A stretch of 64,000 nucleotides of DNA, taken from Eledone cirrhosa. Lineage: Eukaryota. The translations under genes and the position numbers were made by a program. The stretch's first letter is position 1; every line of letters starts with the position of its first letter. The notes under the pieces are model-generated. The model was not told the DNA's origin. It ran no database searches and worked only from the letters and a program-made list of their open reading frames with translations. The stretch is taken from the NCBI GenBank assembly GCA_964016885.1, contig OZ024740.1:95294001-95358000 (forward strand), written 5' to 3'. Shown here one piece after another: positions 36,482 through 54,980 of this stretch.

Positions 36482-37620
36482 TCGTTTTGGAAGCCTCAAC
36501 AATGCAGATGGGTAAATCTCCGTGTAACAGAATCCGGTGGTGAAGAGCGTGATGTAATGGGATGTAGAATGACATGTATAGTGTGTAGAGGAACCGAGGA
36601 AAGAGCGGGGGGGGGGGGGCGTATCTGTCTCAGAGGAACGGTACGTGGCCTCTGTTGTCCGCTGTCTGTGTCATAACTGAGATATTATGTAGAGCGCACG
36701 TGCGCGCGGAATAGGTGCGGTCAAGCAAAGGTCAAAGTAGCTCCTTTTTATCGTGGGAGTAGGATGGCGTTAGCTGTCAATCCATTGTACTAACTATATG
36801 TACTGGTCTTTGATACTAGCAGTGTAGTAGTCTGTCTGGTCGCTTGTTGGTCGGTGGATGGTGGTGGCGCTAAACACACAATAACAATCGTTCGAATACC
36901 ACTGTGTGTGTGTGTGCGCGTGTTGTTGTCTCGTTTGTTTACACCAGCCACTTCATCTCACTTCTCTCGGATCGGTTATTTCTTTGTGGTCCTAGGCGTT
37001 TGATCCAAAGTGCTACCTTGATTCGCAACGTGCTGAGATTGCGTTCTGTCGCTAGCACTGTGACAATGGGCCTTCCGTCTTCGTTTCCGCATTTGGTAAA
37101 AGGCCCTCGTGTTAATGTGCTCCTTGATCGTGATATTTATGGGCCCGATTGTGCTACCGATATAGTAGTGGTTTCATTTGTCACTTTCTACCTTGTATAC
37201 AACGTATGTGCATATGCAACGGTTCGTATGGCGCATCGGACAGTTTCTGATGGAACACGCGTCATTTTGTGTTTAGGGCCCCCACCACACACCGACCAAC
37301 AAGCGCTCTACAGAATACCTCAGTTACCTAACAGTGAACAACAGAGGATACGTACCGTTCCTCTCGGACGGATAACTCCCCCCATCCCCCACCGGAAAAC
37401 CACCCGGTTGATGGCTGCGAATCCGAAATATAGGGACAATTAAATCTCTCCCAAGGTAACTTTATCTCGTGTTATTATTTTTATTTTTCACCCATTTTCC
37501 TACGTTCCTCTACACACTATACATCTCATTCTACATTCCCTTACATCTCTCTCTTCACCACCGGATACTGTTACACGGAGATTTACCCATCTGCACTGTT
37601 GAGGCTTCCAAAACGACCAA
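36480..37620 (-). mobile_element. PLE 3' relic in fold-back form
   Basis: 36480-36900 is inverted to 37240-37618; the spacer encodes GIY-YIG-like VYKVE.DK*NHYYIGST..P.NITIKEH on the minus strand, similar to the element at 43226. Confidence 0.72.
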
Positions 37621-37672
37621 AAACAAAAAAAATATTTTTCCAAAATGCTTCAAGCAAACTTCAATACTCTCT

Positions 37673-37736
<64 letters not shown>

Positions 37737-37742
37737 TATGTG

Positions 37743-37822
<80 letters not shown>

Positions 37823-37823
<1 letters not shown>

Positions 37824-38711
37824 GAGGTGGGACAGAAAAGTTCCAGCACGGATGTCACAAAATATTTATTTTAACCCAAATTCATACTAAGCGTGTTCTC
37901 CTTTAAAGAAACTCCCTACAATGCACTTTTACATCCTATTCTGCCACGCTTGCATGCACTCCTGGAAGGATTCTTCCGGGATCCACCGCAGTTCCGTCGT
38001 CACGGCCTTTTTGATGTCATCCACATCTTCAAAACGGGTCCTCTCCGGATCGTACACGAAGATCCACGACTCATCTCCGGTGATGACTGTCCCTAGCAAG
38101 TCTGGTTCGGTTTCAAAACGCTGGAGGATGTCCTGGCACACGTTTATGCGTAGACCCTTCTGGTCATCGTTCAGCAGGTTTGGCAGCATCTTCGGGCAGA
38201 CTTTCCGCATGTCCAAATCTTCAGTGAGAATCTTCCAGACGCTGTCCCGATACATGCCCAGCTCATTTGCCATCAGTAAATCAGTCAGCCGACTATCGCG
38301 CAGCACCATCTGCCTGACGCGCTCAACGTTGACCTCAGTCCTGGTTGTTGTGGGCGTTCCGCTCCTGGGGTCATCTTCCACGTCCTCGCGTCGTTCTTTA
38401 AACCTCTTGCACCAATCAAAAAAAACCTGAGCGTTACATGGTCTTATCTCCATACACTTGCTGCAGCAATCCCAGTGCTTCTGACGGAGTTTTCATGTTT
38501 GTTCTTTGCTCTGTACTCATTGCTTGACGACCTGAAACAGAGGACACGTATATGAAATTATGAAGAAAAAAGTTTGATCTTTGCAGAGAGCTAAGATTAC
38601 AGTTACATACTCTATGGGGATTACTTTGAAGGAGAAAACTCTTAGTGTGAAGTTTGGGTTAGAAATAAATATTTTGTGACATCAGTCCTGGAACTTTTCT
38701 GACACACCTCG
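37823..38711 (-). mobile_element. Mariner DNA transposon, internally deleted, TA target duplication
   Basis: TIRs cgaggtg.g.cagaaaagttccag / ctggaacttttctgacacacctcg flanked by TA; ORF 37929-38453 with EDDPRSGTP, VITGDESWIFVYDPE joined directly to RFEDVDDIK (catalytic middle deleted). Confidence 0.9.
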
Positions 38712-38806
38712 TATATCTATCTCTCTCTCTATATATATATATATATATGTGTGTGTGTAGAGAGAGAGAGAGAGTGAGAGAGAGAGAGTGAGTGAGAGAG
38801 AGAAAA

Positions 38807-38867
<61 letters not shown>

Positions 38868-39699
38868 TATATAGATAGATATATACTTCGTAAAACGTAT
38901 GAAAAGCCTACCTACCTGTGCCATTTTCTAAGTGTTGCATATACCTGAAAATTATATATTATTACTAAATATGTTTGTTATATATGTATTTCTATCGGCT
39001 TCAATTGATGTAAAGTAATCGACTACTATATGTTTTGCATACGTTTTCAGTTTCTGCATTATGATTATATCTACCAATATTTATATTTTGATCATTTCTT
39101 AATTTATTATGGATTATGATATTTTCTTATGGGACATATATTTACATTTTTTGCATTGTATGTTTTGCTGTGGGTTATTCTAAACAAAATTACCAGTTTT
39201 CTCGTATATCTGCCTATACTTGAATATCAGATAAGCTTTCACTTGGGAATATTATAGATATAAATGTTTACTGGTACCGCTAGAAATATGATTTATATAA
39301 ACGTATGTTATTTCATTTAGATTTGCTTTGGGCGAAACTATAATATCTCTAGCTAAGCTCTTTGATCTATAAGGGGATTTATCACTCTAGCCCATTACTT
39401 ATTATGTATATGTTTTGTTTAAATCTTTAGATGATGTTCTGTGTCTCATATGAAATTATTACTGTATATTAATGTTGATACATTTTACGATCGGTTCAGA
39501 CCATTTCACTAAACAGACATTCATGTCGATATATATAAACTCATTGCTAATATCGTGGAATATTACTTGGTAATTTTAGCATTTTCAATTCGCGGTAATC
39601 CATAAAAAAGATATGCTATATTACACTGTCATGCAACTTATATCACGTTTAGCTTTGCAACCTTCTTAAATGAATGCATGACCAACCCTTAAGAGATAA

Positions 39700-40720
39700 T
39701 GGAAAAGGTCATCCTAGAATATTCCATTTCTATCTTGTTTCATATTTCGCCAACAGCAGAATAGAGTAATATATATTCCTTAACTATGTCCTGCATCTAT
39801 TTATCTTCCATTGTACCTTATTCACGCTTATTGTTTCTAAAATATATTGGTTAGTTAATTAATCAGATATCCCTCATTACATTTTAGTCTCAGTTAAGTG
39901 CGTTTCTTTCGAGTAAAGATTGGCTGTTGTAGGTGATTTTTAAACTTATCTCTTTTATTTTGGATATTATGGTTGTAAATAAAATAGTTTATCCATGATC
40001 ATATTATTTCAACTATTTTAAAGACAGTATTTCTGTATTTACCTTGCTAGGCCATTTCAAGTTTACGTAATTATTTTCAATTTATTCCCATCCATATGCT
40101 ACGTCTTTTTCTTTCAACAGTTACTTATAAACAGTTCTCAAAGTTTGCTGTATGCTTGTTAAATATATTAAGCGCTACTTTTCTAGAACTCCTGTTCATA
40201 GATTTTCCACTGTACCCCTCAACCCTTCATAATTGTGGACAAGTACTTGCTTTGTTCTACGCACAAACTCATATCAATAATAGATACATAAACAATGATA
40301 CGAAAACCCTCATAAAGCATACCAGAAATCTCAATTCCGTATATGCCTTTTCCTACCTAGCCCAAAGTTAAAAAATCTCTAATATTTAGGTTATCATTAT
40401 GCCTAAAATATTGACCCACAAGATTATATAACGATGAAGTTTCTCTCTTGCTTAGGCCCTGACTTGAGCATTCGTAAGATCCAATACTACAATATCATAT
40501 GATTCGAGAGAAGTCATGTACCCCATCTATTCAGAAGTAGTTAGATACCTGTCAGGGTCTTCTCATATGCCACATTCGAGGGGATATCACTGCCGATTTT
40601 GTTCATATGTATTAAGAGTTTTGTTTTATAAATTCTATCAATTAAACTTTGTAGTTTTATTTGTATACCAATAATAAGATATGCTTTATTTTTTTACACC
40701 GTGGAACACTTATTAGCGTG
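39700..40720 (-). mobile_element. Very old LINE (RTE-like) relic
   Basis: scattered minus-strand traces resembling ITL.SVP, AY(D/E), G..QG and AGH.LR; no ORF. Confidence 0.25.
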
Positions 40721-42587
40721 ACATCTTTTTTCGATCAGTTGATAAACTCTGTCTCTCAATCAGTAGTAGTTGGTTTACGGAATACTAAAGTCAGGAAATA
40801 TGGATGATATAATTGATCGTGTGTACATTTTCTATATCGTTTTCTATAGTCTGTTGTTTTCAATGTTCCCAGTACAGAATATTGCAGATATAAGTATAGG
40901 TATTAATATATTATGTCAGGCTAAATTAGATAGTATTATAGATGTGACATCCATCATTATAGAATTTTATAGTGCGTAGTTTACTATTGTTAAACTGACT
41001 CTTTAAATTATGGATATTATCAAATCAATATATGATATAGAATAAAAGATGATATACAAAATGTTGGGTGCTGCATAATGACGATCATTTATATCACAAT
41101 CGGTGTTGTAGTCGCACGACTTTCGTGAATATGCGGAAAAATTCGTAGAATTATAAAAATCTAATGTTTAAAATGAAAATATTCGTGATTTTACGGAAGT
41201 TGTTTAAGAGTATTTATGCGATTTTACCCATATATCCACTCATATCAAATGTTTCATTATTATAGTCAACATTTTCAAGAAATAAAAGTATTTATCTTAT
41301 TAGTTTATAGCTATAAGTAGGGTTATTATTGATAGAACTTTATATACATTGAAATACAACAATTCATTGTTAACAAATTCTACGTTGGAAATCGTTCCCT
41401 CACAATGCTATCACTGTATACCTAAGCAGGTTGGTCTTATCTTAAAATTCTCCAATACTTTTACTGTCACGTTTGTTAACATTTATTTTTTCCTATTATA
41501 TTTTATTTTAATTATTTGTATCTATTAAAACTAGTATTTTGTTATTTTCTAAAATATTATTAATAGTATTTTAATATATTTCTTATTTTTCCTTATCACT
41601 TTAACTTGTGTCATTCGCAAAAGTTTTCTAAGACGATTTAATCGAAGTTTTTATAATCATATTATTCCAAAAATCAATATTTCCTCAGAAATAAGCATGA
41701 TTATGTTTTGTCCTCTTCTGTTTTACGCACACACAAGGATATACCGATATTATATGAAGAAAATACATTTCTGTGATTATTTTTGTGTGTATATATGTAT
41801 ATATGTACACCGATGGTGCTAAATCATAGACAATATTTCCACTGATTCCGACTTGTTTATATTATATATTTATGTATATATCTGTTGATTTCCTCATAAG
41901 CATGTTATACATTTTATTAAAGTAGTTAATTAAACGATTCCATCGAATGTTTAATGATATTGACTATTTGAAAACTTCCTCTGCTTCAAGTAATCTATTG
42001 GAGTATTGTAAGGAATGGTAACTCTTGTCTCATAGTAACTGGGAAACACATCTCATTGATTATGAAACTGTGTTGTCCACTGATGCAGCCTTCACAGCAC
42101 AAACTGAATTAACAATGGAATAACTGCGCCTAAAACCTCGGTTTCCTGACTCTAAGAGGAAAACCTAATTTCTAATCATTCTAACAAAAACTTCACGAAT
42201 TTGATCAGACTACATATAACGTTTTGTCTTTTTTCCCTTTTTGTTTTGAATGATGCCTTTATTTTGTCATCTTGACAAATTATATATTAATATACATCAA
42301 TATATCTCATGTTGCTAATTTCGAAATGTAGAGAGTAACGGTCGATTAAACAATCACGTAAATAGTAAATTTATTAGACAAATGTTGAGCAATATATCGT
42401 ATGGCAGGAATTATGAAATTAATTGATATAATGTTAGTTTGTTATAATCGCAAATATTGTTTCTTCCAAATTTAAACCGTTAAATGATAGATATGCTTCC
42501 GTACACATGAGATGAATCTAATGAGAAAAATTCGGTTTAACCGCGTTTTAGGTTATTCCATATATATATATATACATATATATATAT

Positions 42588-42697
<110 letters not shown>

Positions 42698-43106
42698 TGG
42701 GAATCCATCTCCCAAACGAGAATAATATAATGTTACGGAAAAACATGCCATTAACATATCTCTATATACCACAACATACTATGCAAATAATGTATGGTAT
42801 GTCATATTTATGAGGATTTTTTTCTATCTTACAGATACATCGTCATAAATTGGGAAATGTAACTAATATTGAATATAATATATTTATGTCTATAATATGG
42901 TAGGTGAATAATTATTTCTGAAAACTCTTCGTAAATATGTATAATTTTGAATATGGAAATGGCTTCTACAGGACATCAACAGCTTCATTCCAAGGAAATC
43001 ATCAGATTATTTGTGTGTATACGGATGGTTTCCCACGAAAGAAACTGTTCTTGTCCTGTACAACCCACTGGTATATTATATATATATATATTTTTTTCAT
43101 ACACAT

Positions 43107-43140
<34 letters not shown>

Positions 43141-43142
43141 AT

Positions 43143-43225
<83 letters not shown>

Positions 43226-43226
<1 letters not shown>

Positions 43227-44355
43227 GTATCCGGAACAAATGCACCGAAGCTAGAGACCGAGACACACACACCACACATTTCCTGGAAGTACTCAAACTG
43301 AACGGATACACGACATCCACCACAAACCGTGCCAGAAAGAACAGAGGACACCACACCCGAGGCACTAACACTTGTTTCCTGAACCTGAAGCTCCCACACT
43401 TCAGTGAAGAAACAACAACAGCCATCCGCAGAGCTATCAGACGAGAGGGACTAGATATCCAACCGGCTCACTCAGGTACTTCTCTACGCGGAGAGCTAAC
43501 CAAAAGACACTCCACCAAAGATGACAACTGCTGCAGACTAGCCAACTACCCCATCAACGACACATACCTATGCCATGCCACCAGGCTTACGTCGTATGCA
43601 GACTAGAGAGTGTGACAAATGCAACAACTTCTACGTAGGTAGCACCACCAGGCCACTCCACATAAGAATAAAAGAACACCTCAATACTAACGATTCCTCA
43701 TTTAAGAAACATTAATTTATGCGAAAAAACCGACAAAACCATAACAGTTAGAAAAGAAACTAAGGAAACAAACCTCGGCAATCTTAAGCAATATTAAGGA
43801 AGCAATAATTATGGAGAAAACACAACCACCAATCAATAATAGACTAGAACTCAACACCCAATTTATAACTTGATAGAGCTTCTAGCCACATATGTATACA
43901 CACCCCACACTCACACACGCAGACACGCACGCAAACACCACACACACACACACACACGCAGACAAGCACGCACACACACACACACACTCTTACACCTCCA
44001 CTTATTCTATCTCACACATACACACACAAAACCAGTTGTAACACGAGATAACATCTATCCCCCACATTTACGTATGGACATATCTTCTCACACTCACACA
44101 CACACACTCACATACTTACACCTTCAAGCATTCTCCCACACACTTAAACAGGCATGTACAAATAAAAAACATTTTAAAGGGAGACTACTCTTTATCCACC
44201 TAATCTTAACTCTTTGACATTAGAGATAGAACATATACTCTATACCATTTCCTGTCAGCATGACTTGGCAAGCTATTTAGAACACTGGTTTAATAGCTTA
44301 ACTTCCCTCTGAAAAAGAGTTATTATCTCGAAAATTAAGGACATTTAAATAAATC
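43226..44355 (+). mobile_element. PLE 3' fragment (GIY-YIG end + 3' UTR + hammerhead)
   Basis: CDKCNNFYVGSTTRPLHIRIKEHL at ~43611-43685, IKEAI..P.IN; starts in (TA)n. Confidence 0.8.
44304..44342 (+). ncRNA. Minimal hammerhead motif (core variant CUGAAAA)
   Basis: tccct-CTGAAAA-a-gag/ctc-GAAA-at-TA-aggga, followed by AATAAA. Confidence 0.6.
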
Positions 44356-44454
44356 TAAGGTAAAAGACTAATTGTCAACAATATATTTTGCATTTGCATT
44401 CTTTATTCTATGTCCATACCTGCATTTGTTTGGCTTTATTATACATATACAAAC

Positions 44455-49599
<5,145 letters not shown>

Positions 49600-51890
49600 T
49601 ATCATATATACGGCTCTGCTCCAAAGCATTGAGCTAATTATTATGCTGCCAATAACTTAATGGGTCACGGGTATACAATACCTAACTCCTATTAACCTAA
49701 GTATTTCTACGGCTCCCTCCGGTTGAGCTAACTCCTTATAACCTGTCCACCTTGTGTGTATGATTATAATTGATTGGCAGCATGCTAACTAAAGACTACC
49801 TACCTATATCACTCAAGAACATTCCAACGCCATCCAGGACTACTTATGAGAAATTACTGACAGCTAGCGTCAACTCCTTCGTTAAGCGTATTAGATGGCG
49901 CACTTTCCACTTCGATAACATAAATAAGAAATCAACCACGGTGTCCCCCAATAATAAATTCGGTTTTAAAACCTATAGGAGCCCGCCCCATAAATCCCTG
50001 GTAGATAGATTTGAGAATGATCTCCTATCACTAGTAAGGAATATTAAGTTTAAAATACCCCATAGGAATAGCAACAAATTCCGGATGAAACTGGAAACCT
50101 TAGTTAAGGGCTTTAACGATAAAAGAGATATCCTGGTCACCTCGGATAAAACCAGAAGTATGTATAGCTTAAATTATGATACGTATCGCAGATTTATATA
50201 AAATGAATTAAATAGAAACTATAAAAAGACAAGCGCAAACCTAGATGAAATTAATAAGGAAGCATGCGCCATAGGGGATAAACTAGGCCTGGAAAAGTAC
50301 ACCCACCCATATACCGCTGCGCAACACAGGTTCACCCTAAAGACCATAAGGCTGACTTCATTAGTAAACCCTCTGTTAGAATAATTAGCCCATCGGAGTT
50401 AGATATCGGGATTATCAGTAAGAAAATGTTAGACGGCGTTATACCTACCACCAGGAGGAAAATAAATCTAGAGCTATGGGAGAATACGGAAGAGGTTTTG
50501 AAATGGTTCTCAAGCCTTAGCAACCATAAATCCCTTAAATTTATACAATTCGACATCGATGCGTACTACACCTCAATCTCCCCCATACGCTTTAATAAGG
50601 CCCTAATCATGGCCATTCAGAAAAGTGACCTGACTAGGTCCAAAATTAATGTCATTCTTGGGGCCCAGAAAACGATAATCAAACTTGAGGACGAATTGTA
50701 GACCCGCAAGAATACGCCCAATAACTTCGACATCCAAATGGGATCTAGTGTCTCTGCACAAGTAACGGACCTGGTAGGATTGTACCTTTTAAAGGAGTTA
50801 CATGAGACATGAATATTAACCATCCGGGTTAATATTCATGAGACATGAATGCCATGAATATTAACCATCCGGGCATAAGCAAAACAGACAACACCACTAA
50901 CGTTAATAACGGAACCCTACAAAATAGTACGCACAGTAATGAGACTCACCCCACAGATAAGAAAAATAGAAGAAGGAAAAACATGTATTTTAACCCACCT
51001 TTTAACTCTGTGGTCCTAACTAACCTCCCCAGAGTATTCTTCTCATTATTAGAAAAAAACTTCCCACCAGGCAATAGATATCGCAACATAATTAACAAAA
51101 ACGTGATTAAATTATCCTATTCGACCACACCTAGCCTCGCATCACACCTAACAGGCACGAACATTAGGAAAACTAGGGAAGGTTTCGAAACAATTAAAAT
51201 GGCGTAAAACCACCAGCAACCGAATACACTGGAAAATAGGCAACATAATAGCATCACTGAGCCATCTAATGATATAGAGGCACCTAGAGTAACCAAAGTT
51301 CGGGAGTTACGCTAACTGATCGAACCCGCAGTTGCAATTGTAGGCAGAGTAGTAACTGTCCCCTAAGGGGGGGCTTGCCTCATGAAAAACATCGTATATG
51401 CATGTGACGTAAACCACACACAACTCTACCAAAACATATATAGGATCAACGTCCAATACATTTAAAACTATATATAACGCGCATATGTGCACATTTAGCC
51501 ACGATAGACATAAGAATGCCACGTCACTGGCGGGACACATCTCCTTTTTAAAAAATAATAATACCACATACAAACTTTTTTGGAGGAAGCTTAATAGATC
51601 CACGCCATACCGACCGCAGAGCGGGAGTTGAGGCCTGTGTTTACTAGAATACCATGCCATAATACACTCTAAACTGAACCTGCTTAACAGGAAATCGGAA
51701 ATGTTCTCCTCTTGCCAACACCAAATCCTGAGTTCCTTCTTCTATGTTAAAGCTAGCACATACACGTAAATAATATATATTACGCAACCCCCACATAGAC
51801 ATACCCCTCCTTGACTATAACTACCCCCCTCCCCAACTCATAACCCAGATAGATAGGTAGCCTATGGGTGGAACAGTCCCCTACAAGGTT

Positions 51891-51932
<42 letters not shown>

Positions 51933-54066
51933 TGCGTGTGTGTGTGTGTATTCTACTTTTTTCTCTCACACATACATACGCACACATATGTATGTATATG
52001 TGTGTGCATGTGTACGTGCATACATGCATATATATGTATATTGTATACATATATATTGTATATATATATATGTATATTATATACATATATATTGTATGTG
52101 TGTGTATATGTGATATGTATATATATATATGTATGTATATGTGTATATATGTGTATGTGTGTGTATGATATGTATATATGTGTGTATGTATATATATATT
52201 TTCTGTAGAAGTCTTCACTATATGTGGTGTTTGGCATGAATTCCTCCTATAATACTCTTCTTTAAGAGGAGCACGATATGTAGAGTAACACATGTATTGT
52301 CGCAGTTGAAACTGAGAACCACCACCCCTCCTGCTGTTTACTGAGGACCAGAGCACCATTCTCCACAATATAAGAGAGGAATGAGCTTGCCGGACTATTG
52401 ATGACCAAAACATCACATTCCAAAGGAATGGCAAAACACAGTGAATGGTAAACTCGACCAGAACATCACAACATGCACATCGGAGCAACAAAGGTATAAT
52501 ATCGATAAGCGAATCAATTGAATTTTTTCAGTTGAAATACATATAAATATGTGTCTGTGTGTATCGTACACACGTACACATGAAGAAACTGATGACCTAA
52601 ATATACCTGTCATGCCTGTCTGAATTCCTAAGAAAATTTTCGGTCAGTTAGTATCTTGACCGCTTACCCTCACAATTACTACGTAGCGGTTCTTGCACGT
52701 CACTGCTAGACCTGGATGAAACGAAGACGAAGAATTTCCTTGCGGACCGTTTTGTAGCAGAGATACGATCTCACTCTGCCATCGTTAATGTTCAATCAAC
52801 ACCAAAGTTCTACGTTCTGCGCAGTAGAATTGAATCCAACCACCGACAACATAGTTGGATGACGATAACCACACCAAACCGGAGTACTGTGATCCTTGTG
52901 ACTTCGAGATATACTACCACTGATAGTGTAACGAAGACCACAAAACCATACTCCATAATATTGAACCAAGTGATTGATTTGAGCGACCAAAATAACACCA
53001 CACACATATTGGGTCGGCAATGAACTAGGAATACTAGAGCCTCCGTCAATGTCTGGGTGAGCAAAATTAGATTTCTATCTGCATTGAAATTTACGAACTT
53101 GTGCATCTGCTGTGGTGTCAAACACAAACGCACACGACCGCACAGATGAGCAATGGACTATGCCACGTGGGTTGAACGTGCAAGTGAATTGAAGTATGTG
53201 TGACTCTGATATACAGATTATTTATTATTAAGATGTATAAACTTGACATAACTATTATCATCTTATATTCTCTCAACTAATCACATTTGATAATATTTCT
53301 CTATCCCGTTTTCTCCCCTCATATTTATAATATTTTTATTTGACAAAATCGTTTTTTTTTACATTGTGTTTTTCCCTTTCTAATACTTACTTATATTTTT
53401 TATATATTCTCTATATATTTCTTATATATATATATTTTTATCTTTATTCTTATTTTCACTCTTATCCTCCTTTATATTTTACCTTATTCTTACTTTTATA
53501 CCATATTATAGTGTAATCTTCCCAATTCCTTATTATACATTATTAATTACAGATTATTATTATTACACTTATCCCATTTCTAATTACCTCATGTACTTTC
53601 TCCTCCGTTATATATATATATTGTATGCCCTTTGTCTGTGTGTAGCCTCTGCTCACACTCTGCACCCTACTATCGACGCGATCCCATCTATGGCTCCACT
53701 AACCACTCGACTCCCGGGAATGAATATGACCACAGCTAGTAAACAAGGACTCACACCCCACCCTCCCGCACGAAAATTAGACTTATCGTCCCCTGCTTTT
53801 GCTATTTACTCTCTTTACTCTTTGTTCTTGAATGTTTGGTTGGTAGAGTCTATAACACCAATGAAAGCCCTTTTATAGCTCTGAAGAATCCTACGGTTAC
53901 GTAAGGAAGAAACATTGTAAGCCAATAAACATCTGTTGATGTTGTAGACGCTCTTGTGTTCTTTATGATATATACGGCTCTGCTCCAATGCATAGAGCTA
54001 ATTATTATGCTGCCAATACCTTAATGGGACACGGGCATACAATACCCAACTCCTATTAACCTAAGT
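49600..54066 (+). mobile_element. Naiad PLE family 2, right arm (internal deletion near 50810, 3' pLTR plus tail repeating the 5' leader)
   Basis: reverse complement of the left arm with scattered differences; ~53967-54066 repeats ~49603-49703; ends in (TA)n. Confidence 0.9.
53878..53922 (+). ncRNA. Hammerhead ribozyme in the 3' pLTR
   Basis: same motif as 49533-49577; a mutated third copy (GAAA>GGAA) lies at 44644-44688 on the minus strand. Confidence 0.75.
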
Positions 54067-54091
54067 ATATATATATATATATATATATAAA

Positions 54092-54235
<144 letters not shown>

Positions 54236-54314
54236 GTTATTCCGGGTTGAATCGGAGGTAACCACATTAAGTAGGGTATTCAATACATTGCAGAGTATGA
54301 AAGTTTTAATATAG

Positions 54315-54422
54315 ATGAGATTCTACAGGACTAGAACTGTTTTATTCTTTAGAAATCATTGGAAAACGTGATTCCTGATGATTTCTAAAGAAAGAAACAG
54401 TTCTAGTCCTGTAGAATCTCAT
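54315..54422. repeat. Short fold-back (~45-bp arms) containing CTGATGA..GAAAC
   Basis: atgagattctacaggactagaactgttt... / ...aaacagttctagtcctgtagaatctcat. Confidence 0.85.
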
Positions 54423-54431
54423 GTATATATA

Positions 54432-54549
<118 letters not shown>

Positions 54550-54930
54550 ATATTCTTAAACTTGAATCTGTTATTTTAATAAATATTTGCTCTACGGTTC
54601 TGATATATTTCATATATATGTATCCTTATCGAGCCCTCTTTGGATGTTAGTCTTGAAATGTATCACTATTACTATATATATATATATATATATATAATTG
54701 GAATTCAGTAAAATCGAATCTCTGGCGGTTTGCAAGTAAATTGGGCCTACTTATATGAAGTGATGAGTTAGCAAAGCTCTCGATAAGATACGTCTCAGAG
54801 GTATAACATACGTTTAAATAGCTTGACAAATCGAACATTGTGGTAGGCCAAATCAACACGCAATATATATACACCAAAGTAACGATAAGACTAATCAGGT
54901 TGAGAGAAATCAGGTTGAGAAATATCAGGT

Positions 54931-54979
<49 letters not shown>

Positions 54980-54980
<1 letters not shown>

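Noticed and set aside
34600-42500. Host exons in the AT-rich stretches
   Set aside because: No ORF with credible composition or splice pattern; small exons cannot be excluded without RNA data
52235-52280. SECIS candidate ATGA-11 nt-AA..GA (also 53727)
   Set aside because: Helix II does not pair adequately
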